A DNA stretch of 64,000 nucleotides, from positions 96,001 to 160,000 of the forward strand of contig CAVYTA010000005.1 in assembly GCA_963771355.1 (NCBI GenBank). The letters are read 5' to 3'. The stretch comes from an uncultured Candidatus Rokubacteria bacterium. GTDB taxonomy: Bacteria > Methylomirabilota > Methylomirabilia > Rokubacteriales > CSP1-6. Positions 8,294 through 17,222 of this stretch are shown here, in pieces. A model generated the notes under the pieces. The model saw only the letters and a program-made list of their open reading frames with translations. It ran no database searches and was not told the DNA's origin. How positions within the stretch are numbered: position 1 is the stretch's first letter; each line of letters opens with the position of its first letter. The position numbers and the translations under genes were made by a program.

Positions 8294-10393
8294 ATGGCGC
8301 AAGGACCTGGAGAAGGGCAGCCCGGGAAGCTCACCCGGGAGCAGATGGACGCACTGCTCTACGGCGGGCGCAGCAGCCCGCGCTTCACGCAGGACTCGCC
8401 GGTGCTGCCCGACGTCTGGATCAAGTACGCCGAGGCGCCGAACGAGCCCCATGAGCTATTGCTGACGCCGTTCCAGGATTCGCAGGAGGGTACCGTCTCT
8501 GCGGGCCAGCTGAGCCGAGTGCTCAAGGCGTGCCTGGCTCTGCCGCAGGGCCGGCGCCCTCCCGGCGAGCCCCGGCGCCACGAGGGCCGCGGCGCCTCGG
8601 TAGCTTACAACCAGTCGACCGTTCTCGCCCGTCTCTGGTTCGACGAGCTGGTGCGAGTGGTGCTGCCGCTGTCGGCCTGGTGGCATCGGCTCGGCGAGAC
8701 GGGCCGGCCGACGGGCGCCGACCCGGACACGGCACCCGACGCGCAGGCGGCCGCGCGGCGGCTGACGCGACGGAACCTGTTGCAGTCGTTGCGCGCGCCG
8801 GCGGGGCAACAGCGTCTTGCCGAGGCGCTCGCCCACCCGGCCGCCGCGCCGCCCGAGCTCGCGCCCGACCTCCTCTGGATGGTGCACATCGTCGGCAGCC
8901 TCGGCCTGGTGTGGACGCGCGCTCGCGCTCAGGACACCACCGCTCAGTGGTGGCCGGAGGACGAAGAGGTGGTGGGAAAGATGGACGCGGCGCGGCGCCA
9001 GCTCTATGACGAGGCGCTCGCTCGGCACTACCGCGAGGTCGTGAAGAGCGTCATCGCGCTGACGGAAGGCCTCGAGGACGCACCCTGGTTGAGTGACGCG
9101 AAGCTGGAGACGGCCATGCAGGATCAGCCGATGGTGTGGACGGTCAGCCTGAACCGTCAGGCGCGGTCCACCATGTGGCGATCGCGCGCTACCGTCAAGG
9201 CGGACGCCGCCGCGCGGGTCTTCGACATCACCTGCAGCGAGCTCGCGTGGGCGGTGATCGACAGCGGCATCGACGCGCGTCACATCGCGTTCCGTCGCCG
9301 CAAGGGCGACGGGAAGCCCTATGACGAGCCCTTCGAGAACGACAAGAACCGGACCCGCATCGTCGCCAGCTACGACTTCAGCATCGTGCGCCGATTGCTC
9401 AGCGAGGAGACACTCGACGCCACTCTCCTGGAGTTGCCGGCGGGGCGTACCGCGGACGAGATTGCCCAGCGGGAGGTGGATGTCCAGGTCCTCAAGCGCC
9501 GGCTGGAGCGAGGGGCGGAGATCGACTGGGACGTCGTCGGTCGACTGATCCAGATCCCTCACGTGACGACCAGCGGGCGCGAGGGCTATCGGCCTCCCCA
9601 GCAAGAGCACGGGACCCACGTGGCCGGGATCCTGGCGGGGGACTGTCGCTCCACCGACCGCGACGATTCGAGCGCGTCCGCTCCGGTGGGCATCTGCCCG
9701 GACCTGCAGCTCTACGACCTGCGCGTGCTCGATGCCCGAGGCGAGGGCGACGAATTCAACGTGATGGCGTCGTTGCAGTTCGTCCGGCACCTCAACTCGA
9801 ATCACGGCGTCATGAGGGTGCACGGTGCGAACGTGAGCCTGTCGATCCGGCACGACATCGCCAACTTCGCCTGCGGGCGCACGCCGGTGTGCGAGGAGTG
9901 CGAACGGCTAGTGGGCGGCGGTATCGTGGTGGTGGCGGCGGCCGGAAACGACGGGTATCTGCAGTACCTGACCCCGCGCGGTCCGCAGGACAGCTATCGC
10001 AGCATCAGCATCACCGACCCCGGCAACGCGGCCGGCGTCATCACGGTGGGCTCCACGCACCGGTTCCAGCCGCATACGTACGGCGTCAGCTACTTTTCGA
10101 GTCGCGGGCCCACCGGCGACGGGCGGGCGAAGCCCGACGTGGTGGCCCCGGGGGAGAAGATCGAGGCGCCGGTGGGCGGCAAGGACGACTTGAAGCGCAT
10201 GGATGGGACCAGCATGGCGACGCCGCACGTGAGCGGCGCGGCGGCGCTGCTGATCGCGCGTCACCGGGAGCTGGCCGGCCAGCCCGCCCGGATCAAGGAG
10301 GTGCTCTGCGCGACCGCGACCGATCTGGGCCGGGAGCGTTACTTCCAGGGCGCCGGGCTGGTTGACACGCTCCGCGCCCTGCAGTCCGTTTGA
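8294..10393 (+). CDS. S8 (subtilase) serine peptidase with long uncharacterised N-terminal region
   Basis: Triad VIDSGID / HGTHVAG / GTSMATPHV, oxyanion AAGN, SSRGP, KPDVVAPG. No signal peptide. Alternative starts at 8273 and 8285. Confidence 0.9.
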   Translation: MAQGPGEGQPGKLTREQMDALLYGGRSSPRFTQDSPVLPDVWIKYAEAPNEPHELLLTPFQDSQEGTVSAGQLSRVLKACLALPQGRRPPGEPRRHEGRGASVAYNQSTVLARLWFDELVRVVLPLSAWWHRLGETGRPTGADPDTAPDAQAAARRLTRRNLLQSLRAPAGQQRLAEALAHPAAAPPELAPDLLWMVHIVGSLGLVWTRARAQDTTAQWWPEDEEVVGKMDAARRQLYDEALARHYREVVKSVIALTEGLEDAPWLSDAKLETAMQDQPMVWTVSLNRQARSTMWRSRATVKADAAARVFDITCSELAWAVIDSGIDARHIAFRRRKGDGKPYDEPFENDKNRTRIVASYDFSIVRRLLSEETLDATLLELPAGRTADEIAQREVDVQVLKRRLERGAEIDWDVVGRLIQIPHVTTSGREGYRPPQQEHGTHVAGILAGDCRSTDRDDSSASAPVGICPDLQLYDLRVLDARGEGDEFNVMASLQFVRHLNSNHGVMRVHGANVSLSIRHDIANFACGRTPVCEECERLVGGGIVVVAAAGNDGYLQYLTPRGPQDSYRSISITDPGNAAGVITVGSTHRFQPHTYGVSYFSSRGPTGDGRAKPDVVAPGEKIEAPVGGKDDLKRMDGTSMATPHVSGAAALLIARHRELAGQPARIKEVLCATATDLGRERYFQGAGLVDTLRALQSV

Positions 10394-10403
10394 GGAGGCG
10401 CAC

Positions 10404-11540
10404 ATGACGTTCACCCTCGAGGCCCTGGAAGCGAAGCACGGCGACTCGCTGCTCTTGCACTGGGGCCGCGAGCGTCTGATCGTCATCGACGGCGGGCCCT
10501 CTGGCGTCTTTCGCAAGACACTCCTGCCCCGCCTCGAGGCGATCCGGGCGGAGCGCGACGTCGAGACGCTGCCCATCCGCATGCTCATGGTCAGCCACAT
10601 CGACGACGACCATATCCATGGCGTACTCGACTGGACACGTCACATGGCCGATCTGCGCAAGGAGAGTAAGCCCCTCCCGTGGGAAGTGAAAAGCTTGTGG
10701 CACAACGCCTTCGATGACATCGTGGGCAACGTCGAGCCGCTGTCGTCCGCCCTGGGAGCGGCGGTGGCGCCGGTGATGAACGACGCCCCGTTGCCCGCGG
10801 ACCTGGGGCTCGACCGCTATGGCGCGCTCGTCATGGCCAGCGTCGCGCAGGGAAAGACCCTGCGCGACGACGCCCGGGCGCTCAAGCTGTCGGTCAACCA
10901 GCCGTTCAAGGGGCTGGTGTGGGCGCCGACCACGGAGAAGCGGGAAGTCGCGCTCGAGGACGGCCTGACGCTCAGGGTCATCGGCCCGCTCGAGGGCCAG
11001 GTGGAGGCGCTGCGGGCGGACTGGGACAAGAAGCTCCAGGAGATGAAAGAGAAGAAGCCCGGGGCCGAGGCGCGGGCCATCGCGGCCGACTTCGTGGACA
11101 AGTCGGTCTACAACCTGTCGAGCATCGTGGTGCTCGCGTCCCTCGGCGGCCGTCGCATGTTGCTGACCGGAGATGCGCGCGGCGACTTTGTCCGTGACGG
11201 GTTGCGAGACGCGGGCCTCTTCCCGAACGACCGCATTCACGTCGATCTTCTGAAGGTGCCGCATCACGGCAGCGCCCGGAACGTCAGGAGGGACTTCTTC
11301 GAACAGGTCACCGCCGACCACTACGTGATCTCTGCGGACGGGCGACACGACAACCCAGACGTGGAGATGCTGGCGATGCTGACCGAGGCGCGCGGGGCGG
11401 CCGAGTACACCATCCACTTCACGAACAAGGTTCCGGACGTGAAGAAGTTCTTCGACGGAGATCTGCCCAAGGGCCGCAAGTACCGGGTGATGTACCGAGA
11501 GGACGAGGCGACCTCGGTGAAGGTGGCGCTCGGCGGCTGA
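10404..11540 (+). CDS. MBL-fold metallohydrolase, ComEC/Avs1a-like
   Basis: HGDSLLL, IDGGP, SHIDDDHIHG, LLTGDA, KVPHHGS, ISADGRHDNPD. The GAGGAGG RBS overlaps the upstream stop codon. Confidence 0.85.
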   Translation: MTFTLEALEAKHGDSLLLHWGRERLIVIDGGPSGVFRKTLLPRLEAIRAERDVETLPIRMLMVSHIDDDHIHGVLDWTRHMADLRKESKPLPWEVKSLWHNAFDDIVGNVEPLSSALGAAVAPVMNDAPLPADLGLDRYGALVMASVAQGKTLRDDARALKLSVNQPFKGLVWAPTTEKREVALEDGLTLRVIGPLEGQVEALRADWDKKLQEMKEKKPGAEARAIAADFVDKSVYNLSSIVVLASLGGRRMLLTGDARGDFVRDGLRDAGLFPNDRIHVDLLKVPHHGSARNVRRDFFEQVTADHYVISADGRHDNPDVEMLAMLTEARGAAEYTIHFTNKVPDVKKFFDGDLPKGRKYRVMYREDEATSVKVALGG

Positions 11541-11562
11541 TTTCCGGCGGTATGATAGCGCC

Positions 11563-11646
11563 GTGGCCGGCACCGAACGTCTGACCCTCGGCAGATTTCT
11601 CGCCCGATTCGTCTTCGCCCTGCTCGTGGTGGACGCCACCTACAGC
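11563..11646 (+). pseudogene. N-terminal remnant of a small membrane protein (DUF6524-like)
   Basis: RFLARFVFALLVVDATYS resembles the F..R..FAL.LV.ATYNP start of that family. The frame then degenerates into the antisense of the next gene. Confidence 0.4.
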
Positions 11647-11677
11647 ATCAAGTATCGAGGAAGCCCTGCCCCAACCA

Positions 11678-12820
11678 TCACCCCGCCAGGCGATAGAAGC
11701 GCTGGGCGTTCTCACCGAGAACCTTGCGGCGGGCGTCCTCGGGCAACGGCGCCAGGCGTTCCTTCAGCTCGCGGACCACGCCGAACGAGGCGTCGATGTG
11801 CGGATAGTCGGAGGCCCAGATGAAGTAGTCAGCGCCGAGGTGCTCGACCATCTGCGCGGTGACCGACTCGTCCGGGTCGGCGGAGATCAGGCACTGGCGG
11901 TAGAAATACGCGCTCGGCTCCATGCGGATGGGCGTCTGGTGTTTCATGATCCGGTACTTGTGATCGAGGCGATCGAGCCAGGCCGCGATCCAGTTGGAGC
12001 CGGCCTCCAGCACCGCGCACTTGAGGCGCGGATAGCGCTCGAACATCCCGGCGGCAAGCATCTGCGTGAAGGCCGCCATCACATCGATAGCCAGGAACGC
12101 GATGCTGAACAGTGCGTCGGAGGGATCGCGGCGCTGCCACTGTCGGAACCATTGTCGATCGCGCACGATCACGTGGAAGGCGATCGGCATCTCCAGTTCC
12201 TGAGCCGTCTCCCAGAAGCGCGCGAAGAGCGGGTCGTCAAAGTGGCGGCCGCGGCGGGCGGCCAGGTCCGGCGAGAGGAAGATGCCCACGCAGCCGTCTC
12301 GCCGCGCGCGAATGGTCTCCTGCACGGCGCCTTCAGGATCGAGGAGCGAGATGTGGGCGACCGGGTAGAGCCGCTTGCGATCCGTGCGGCAGAAGTCCAC
12401 CAACCACCGGTTGTAAGCGCGCGTGTAGGCGGTGGCCAGCCCCCCGTCGGTGACGTGCCCCTCCCAGCAAATGCCGATGGTGGGATAGAGGAGAACCGAG
12501 TCGATTCCCTCGGCGTCCATGACGCGCAGCCGCTCCACAGGATCATAGCCGCCGGCCGGACTCCCCTCGGCGTAGGTCATCCCGCCGCGGGTGAGGAGGC
12601 GCGTGGCATCCATCTCGATACCGCCGAGCGCTCCCATCTGCCCGCGCAGTGTCTTAAGCGGCTGGCCGTCGATGAGGAGCACCTCGTAGCCCTGCTCGTC
12701 GCGGGCGATCTGGATGGCGCGAGTCCGGTACGCGGGCTCGAGGTACTTCAGCCAGGTGTCGGCCGGCTCGAGGACGTGGCCATCGGCATCCACTACCGGG
12801 GCACCGACCGGGGTCGTCAT
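11678..12820 (-). CDS. Amidohydrolase_2 family protein
   Basis: VVDADGHVLEP, AYNRWL, IAFHV, VLEAG, WASDYPHID. Start MTTPVG after GGAGG. Confidence 0.88.
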   Translation of the reverse strand: MTTPVGAPVVDADGHVLEPADTWLKYLEPAYRTRAIQIARDEQGYEVLLIDGQPLKTLRGQMGALGGIEMDATRLLTRGGMTYAEGSPAGGYDPVERLRVMDAEGIDSVLLYPTIGICWEGHVTDGGLATAYTRAYNRWLVDFCRTDRKRLYPVAHISLLDPEGAVQETIRARRDGCVGIFLSPDLAARRGRHFDDPLFARFWETAQELEMPIAFHVIVRDRQWFRQWQRRDPSDALFSIAFLAIDVMAAFTQMLAAGMFERYPRLKCAVLEAGSNWIAAWLDRLDHKYRIMKHQTPIRMEPSAYFYRQCLISADPDESVTAQMVEHLGADYFIWASDYPHIDASFGVVRELKERLAPLPEDARRKVLGENAQRFYRLAG

Positions 12821-13038
12821 CGTCTTCGCCTCCCTTGCGCCGGGCGGATGCCCGGATCGCCTGTTTGCCGACCAGCGAACGTTCGACGGTTGGCAGCTTA
12901 CTCCAAGAGACGTCCCGGAGCCGCCCCCCCCCGCGGCGCCGGCCCTGCTCCGGGCATTCCTCCGCGCCTTGCGGACACGATACCCGGAGTGTCGAATGGA
13001 ACGGGAGTAGGCGACACGTGTTTCCGCGCAGTTGGTGC

Positions 13039-13055
13039 CTGGCATTCGCGTTGCC
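13039..13055 (+). promoter_or_regulatory. Sigma-54 (-24/-12) promoter candidate
   Basis: CTGGCATTCGCGTTGCC has GG-N10-GC spacing and matches TGGCAC-N5-TTGC. It lies about 85 nt upstream of ATG 13139. Confidence 0.6.
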
Positions 13056-13138
13056 TTTAGCGGCCGAGGTCAACGAAACTCGGACGTGAGACGGCCGGGC
13101 CCCACGCCCGCAGCCTCCCGTCGACAAGGAGCGTCACG

Positions 13139-14506
13139 ATGACCCTTGAGACTCATCCGATCGCTGCCCTTCGCTCCCAGCTTGCCGGCTCCGTTCTCGC
13201 CCCCTCGGATGCGGAATATGACGACGCCCGACGCCTTCACAACGGCCTGATCGACCGGCGGCCGGCCCTGGTCGTCCGCTGCCACGGGACGGCCGACGTC
13301 CAGGCGGCCGTGCGTTTCGGCCGCGAGCGGGGCCTCGAGATCGCCGTCCGTGGTGGCGGCCATAACGTGGCCGGCAATGCGGTCTGCGACGGCGGCCTCA
13401 TGATCGACCTGTCTCCGATGCGTGCGGTGCACGTCGACCCGCGCACGCGCCGAGCGCGGGCTCAGGGCGGCGCGACCTGGGGGGACTACAACCGTGAAAC
13501 CCAGCTCCACGGCCTCGCCAGCACTGGGGGCGTCGTCTCTTCCACGGGCGTCGGGGGGCTGACCCTCGGCGGCGGGCTGGGCTGGCTGATGGGCAAGCAC
13601 GGCATGGCGGTGGACACCCTCCGGGCCGTCGAGCTCGTCACCGCCACCGGCGAGATCGTGCAGTCGAGCCCAAAGGAGCACCCCGACCTCTTCTGGGCCC
13701 TGCGCGGGGGTGGCGGCAATTTCGGCGTCGCGACGTGGCTCGAATACGAGCTGTATCCGGTGGGCCCGACGGTGATCGCCGGGCTCGTCGCGCACCCCTT
13801 CACCGCGGCGCGCGACGTCCTCAGATTCTACCGCGACTTCACGGCGTCACTGCCCGACGAGCTAACGGCGTTCGCCGGCCTCCTGCACGCCCCCGACGGC
13901 TCGGGCGCCAAGCTGGCGGCCATCATCGTGTGTCATGCGGGGAGTCTGGAGGCCGGAGCCGCGGCGGTGGCCCCCGTCAAGCGCTTCGGCTCGCCCGTCA
14001 TGGACGTGATTGGACCGATGCCGTACACGGCGGTGAACATGATGGTCGACGGGGGATTTCCTCGCGGCGCGTTGAACTACTGGAAGTCGAACTTCCTTTC
14101 GACGCTCGGTGACGCGGCCATCGACACGATGATCGAGCACTTCGCCGGCGCGCCCTCGCCGATGAGCGGCCTTCTGCTCGAGCACTTCCACGGTGCGGCG
14201 ACGCGCGTGGGGCCGACGGAGACCGCCTTCCCCCACCGCGCGGTGGGGTACAACTTCTTGGCGGTCGGGGAGTGGATGGAGGCCTCGGCCACCACGGCCA
14301 ACGTCGCCTGGACACGCGGGGCATATGCCGCGCTGGCGCCACATTTCGCCGCGGGCCGGTACGTCAATTATCTGAACGCGGAGGAGATGGACCAGGCGGG
14401 CGCGGTGGAGGCCGCGTTCGGGCCGAACTGGAAGCGGTTGCGCGAGGTCAAGCGACGCTATGATCCCGAGAACGTCTTCCATCTGAACCAGAACATCAAG
14501 CCGTGA
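13139..14506 (+). CDS. FAD-binding oxidoreductase (VAO/BBE family)
   Basis: RGGGHN covalent-FAD motif, GGLTLGGG, LFWALRGGGGNFGV, YVNY, KRRYDPENVF. Confidence 0.93.
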   Translation: MTLETHPIAALRSQLAGSVLAPSDAEYDDARRLHNGLIDRRPALVVRCHGTADVQAAVRFGRERGLEIAVRGGGHNVAGNAVCDGGLMIDLSPMRAVHVDPRTRRARAQGGATWGDYNRETQLHGLASTGGVVSSTGVGGLTLGGGLGWLMGKHGMAVDTLRAVELVTATGEIVQSSPKEHPDLFWALRGGGGNFGVATWLEYELYPVGPTVIAGLVAHPFTAARDVLRFYRDFTASLPDELTAFAGLLHAPDGSGAKLAAIIVCHAGSLEAGAAAVAPVKRFGSPVMDVIGPMPYTAVNMMVDGGFPRGALNYWKSNFLSTLGDAAIDTMIEHFAGAPSPMSGLLLEHFHGAATRVGPTETAFPHRAVGYNFLAVGEWMEASATTANVAWTRGAYAALAPHFAAGRYVNYLNAEEMDQAGAVEAAFGPNWKRLREVKRRYDPENVFHLNQNIKP

Positions 14507-14602
14507 GTGGAGCGCGCGTGGTGTGGAGCGCGGCGGCTCACGACGACGAGCAGAGTCGACCTTGACAGCCTCCAGCTGATCTCCGTATATGAAGGGGCCC
14601 CC

Positions 14603-15487
14603 ATGACAGTGGAGCGCCCGAACATCCCCGATAACGCGACCGGCCTCGTCGTCGGCACCGGCGACTTCCTCTACGACGTGTTCCGCCCCTGGGGTGTCCT
14701 GCCCGCCGGCTGGAGCTTCGGGTTGATCAGCCACGTCGCGGTCGACTCGAAGGACCGCGTGTACTTCTACCAGCGCAAGGACCCGCCGATCCTCGTGTTC
14801 GACCGGGACGGGAACTTCCTGACGGGCTGGGGTGACGGCCGGTTCCGCGATGCGCACGGCATCTACGCGGGCGCGGACGATCACCTCTACGTCTGCAACC
14901 GGGACGAGCATGAGGTGCTCAAGCTGACACCGGAGGGCCGGATCGTCCTGACTCTCGGCCAGCGCGGCCGGCCGGCGCTGCAGGCACCCTTCAACCATCC
15001 CGCCGACGTGGCCGTCGCGCCGAACGGAGAGATCTACGTCGCAGATGGCTACGGCAACTCCGCCGTGCACCGTTTCTCGCCCGAGGGCAAGCATCTCGGC
15101 TCCTGGGGAGCGCCGGGCGCCGGCCGCGGGCAGTTCACCACGCCGCACGGCATCTGGATCGACCGGCGTGAGCGCGTGCTCGTCGCCGACCGCGAGAACA
15201 ACCGCGTCCAGCTCTTCAGCCCCGAGGGCGACTATTACAGCGAGTGGGCCGACCTGTATCACCCGATGGACATCTATGTCGACGGCGCCGGCACTGTCTA
15301 CGTCACGGACCAGATTCCGCGCATCACCATGTACTCTCCGGAGGGGCGCGTGCTGTCGCGGGGCCGGCCGGTGACGATGGGCGCGCACGGGGTGTGGGGC
15401 GACTCGCGCGGCAACCTCTACCTCGCCGAGGTCGCCGTGAACCAGGTCACCAAGCTCGCCCGGCGGCCGCCTGCCGGCCCGGCCTGA
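14603..15487 (+). CDS. NHL-repeat beta-propeller (PAL-like family)
   Basis: Repeated NHL units: FNHPADVAVAPNGEIYVADGYGN and FTTPHGIWID...VADRENNRVQLF. Confidence 0.85.
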   Translation: MTVERPNIPDNATGLVVGTGDFLYDVFRPWGVLPAGWSFGLISHVAVDSKDRVYFYQRKDPPILVFDRDGNFLTGWGDGRFRDAHGIYAGADDHLYVCNRDEHEVLKLTPEGRIVLTLGQRGRPALQAPFNHPADVAVAPNGEIYVADGYGNSAVHRFSPEGKHLGSWGAPGAGRGQFTTPHGIWIDRRERVLVADRENNRVQLFSPEGDYYSEWADLYHPMDIYVDGAGTVYVTDQIPRITMYSPEGRVLSRGRPVTMGAHGVWGDSRGNLYLAEVAVNQVTKLARRPPAGPA

Positions 15488-15517
15488 GGAGCTGGCGCCA
15501 CGAGCACGGCGCAGGAG

Positions 15518-15649
15518 GCCCGCATCGCCGGCCTCGACCGCGTGCTCGCCCACATCCAGCGCCGGGGCGGGGCCTGGATCGCCCGGCGTGACGCGATCGC
15601 GCGGCACTGGCTCCGAACCCACGGCCGGTCGAGCGGGGCTTCTGCCTGA
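15518..15649 (+). pseudogene. C-terminal remnant of a PuuE/polysaccharide-deacetylase family gene
   Basis: Manual translation ARIAGLDRVLAHIQRRGGAWIARRDAIARHWLRTHG...*. There is no start codon or N-terminal portion. Confidence 0.6.
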
Positions 15650-15662
15650 ATCGACGAGGCCG

Positions 15663-16334
15663 CTACCGTCCGGCGAGGGCACGATTCTCCAGCCGGCTCA
15701 AGAGCCGTACCACCGGCCACAGCATCAGAAAGTAAATTACCGCCGCCACCACGATGGGCGTCGGACTGTAGGTGATGCTCTGCGCTTGACGCGCCTGATA
15801 GAGGAGCTCGGGCACAGCCACCACGCTGCCGAGCGAGGTGAGCTTCACCACCTCGAGCGTGTTGGAGAGCAGGTCGGGCAGCACGTTGCGCACCGCCTGG
15901 GGCAGCACCACGTAGGCCATGGCCTGCAGGCGGGAGAGGCCGGTGGACCGCGCGGCCTCGACCTGGCCGGCCGGTACGGAATCGATTCCCGCCCGCAGGA
16001 TTTCGCCGTAGTAGGCCCCGGTGTTGAGGAAGAAGGCGACGGCCACACAGGCGAAGCCGCCCAGCTCCAGCCCCGCGAACGGGAGCCCGGCGAACAATAG
16101 AATGAGTAGCACCAAGGGCGGAAAGGCCCGGAAGAAATCGACCCAGGCCATCAGCGGCCAGCGCAGCACGGGATTCTTCACACTTGCCAGCAGGGCCAGG
16201 ATCAGCCCGCCGAACAGGCCGAGCGGCACCACCAGCAGCGACAGCAGCACGGTGTTGCGCAGCCCCGCCAGCACGATCGGCCAGGAAGCGGCGATGATCT
16301 CCGGATTGAAGAAGGTCTGGATCATCGCTTCCAC
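15663..16334 (-). CDS. Polar amino-acid ABC transporter permease
   Basis: FFRAFPPLV, AYYGEILRAGI, GQVEAARSTGLS (EAA motif), VVLPQA. Confidence 0.92.
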   Translation of the reverse strand: MEAMIQTFFNPEIIAASWPIVLAGLRNTVLLSLLVVPLGLFGGLILALLASVKNPVLRWPLMAWVDFFRAFPPLVLLILLFAGLPFAGLELGGFACVAVAFFLNTGAYYGEILRAGIDSVPAGQVEAARSTGLSRLQAMAYVVLPQAVRNVLPDLLSNTLEVVKLTSLGSVVAVPELLYQARQAQSITYSPTPIVVAAVIYFLMLWPVVRLLSRLENRALAGR

Positions 16335-17005
16335 GCGAACTTGGTCTCGACCCAGCGGGCCGCCACCACGACGGGGAGGAACAGCACCAGGTAGGCGGCG
16401 GCGCCCATCATCAGCGGCGAGGGATTGTAGGAGTTGGACATCGCCGAGCTTGCTTGCCCGAGGATCTCGGTGACGGCGACGACGGTGCCAAGCGCGGTGC
16501 CCTTGGTGATGGCGATGGTACGGTTAGTGAGCGGGGGGATGGTGAGCCGGAGGGCCTGCGGCAGCACGACGTTCATCAGGGTGTGGCCGAACGACAGGCC
16601 GGTCGAGCGCGCGGCCTCCCACTGGCCCTTGGGCACCGAGGTGATGCCGGCCCAGAAGATCTCCTCGGAGAAGGCCATCAGCACGAAGGCGAGCGACAGC
16701 CAGGTCGAGACGAAGCCCGAGGGTGAGAGGTCGACGCTGGGCAGGCCGAAATAGATGAGGACGATGACGACCAGCGGCGGCAGCGAGCGGAACAGGTCGA
16801 CGGTGAAGATGATGAGCCAGTTGAGCGGACGGATGGCGAGGCTTCTGAGCAGCGCCAGGGCCAGGCCGGCGGCAATGCCGGTGACGACGATGAGGAGGGC
16901 CAGCTCGATCGTGACCACCACGCCGGACAGGATGTCCGGCAGGTACTTGAGCATGACCTTGGTGTTGAAGAACGTGTCGGTGAAGCGGTCCCAGTTCCCG
17001 CTCAA
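16322..17005 (-). CDS. Polar amino-acid ABC transporter permease
   Basis: LFRSLPPLV, GQWEAARSTGLS, VVLPQAL. Probable TTG start (LSGNWDRF) overlapping the upstream TGA as TTGA. Confidence 0.88.
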   Translation of the reverse strand: MSGNWDRFTDTFFNTKVMLKYLPDILSGVVVTIELALLIVVTGIAAGLALALLRSLAIRPLNWLIIFTVDLFRSLPPLVVIVLIYFGLPSVDLSPSGFVSTWLSLAFVLMAFSEEIFWAGITSVPKGQWEAARSTGLSFGHTLMNVVLPQALRLTIPPLTNRTIAITKGTALGTVVAVTEILGQASSAMSNSYNPSPLMMGAAAYLVLFLPVVVAARWVETKFAWKR

Positions 17006-17168
17006 TGCCGTTGGATCTGGCCGATGAAGGTGCGCGTGCGCTCCTGGGCGGGGTTCTCGAAGATGGCGGCGGGCGGACCCTGCTCCACGATGGCGCCCGC
17101 ATCCATGAAGAGGACCCGGTCGGTGGCGTTCCGGGCAAAGCCCATCTCGTGGCTGACCACGATCATGG
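17002..17168. repeat. Direct repeat copy 1: duplicated 3' end of the ABC ATPase gene (54-aa fragment on the minus strand)
   Basis: Matches 20701..20867 (offset 3699) with 3 mismatches by eye. Reads MIVVSHEMGFARNATDRVLFMDAG...QIQRH* from ATG 17166. Confidence 0.95.
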
Positions 17169-17222
17169 GCGACACTCTGCCCGGTCACCGTGATCCCAGT
17201 CAAGTCGGCGGGGGATGGCAGG

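Noticed and set aside
7104..11540. Assignment to CBASS, AVAST or IetAS
   Set aside because: No cyclase, STAND NTPase or AAA ATPase is in or beside the operon, so it cannot be called a known system.
12866..12895. Imperfect hairpin containing CGAACGTTCG
   Set aside because: It is short and single, so it cannot be separated from chance in GC-rich DNA.
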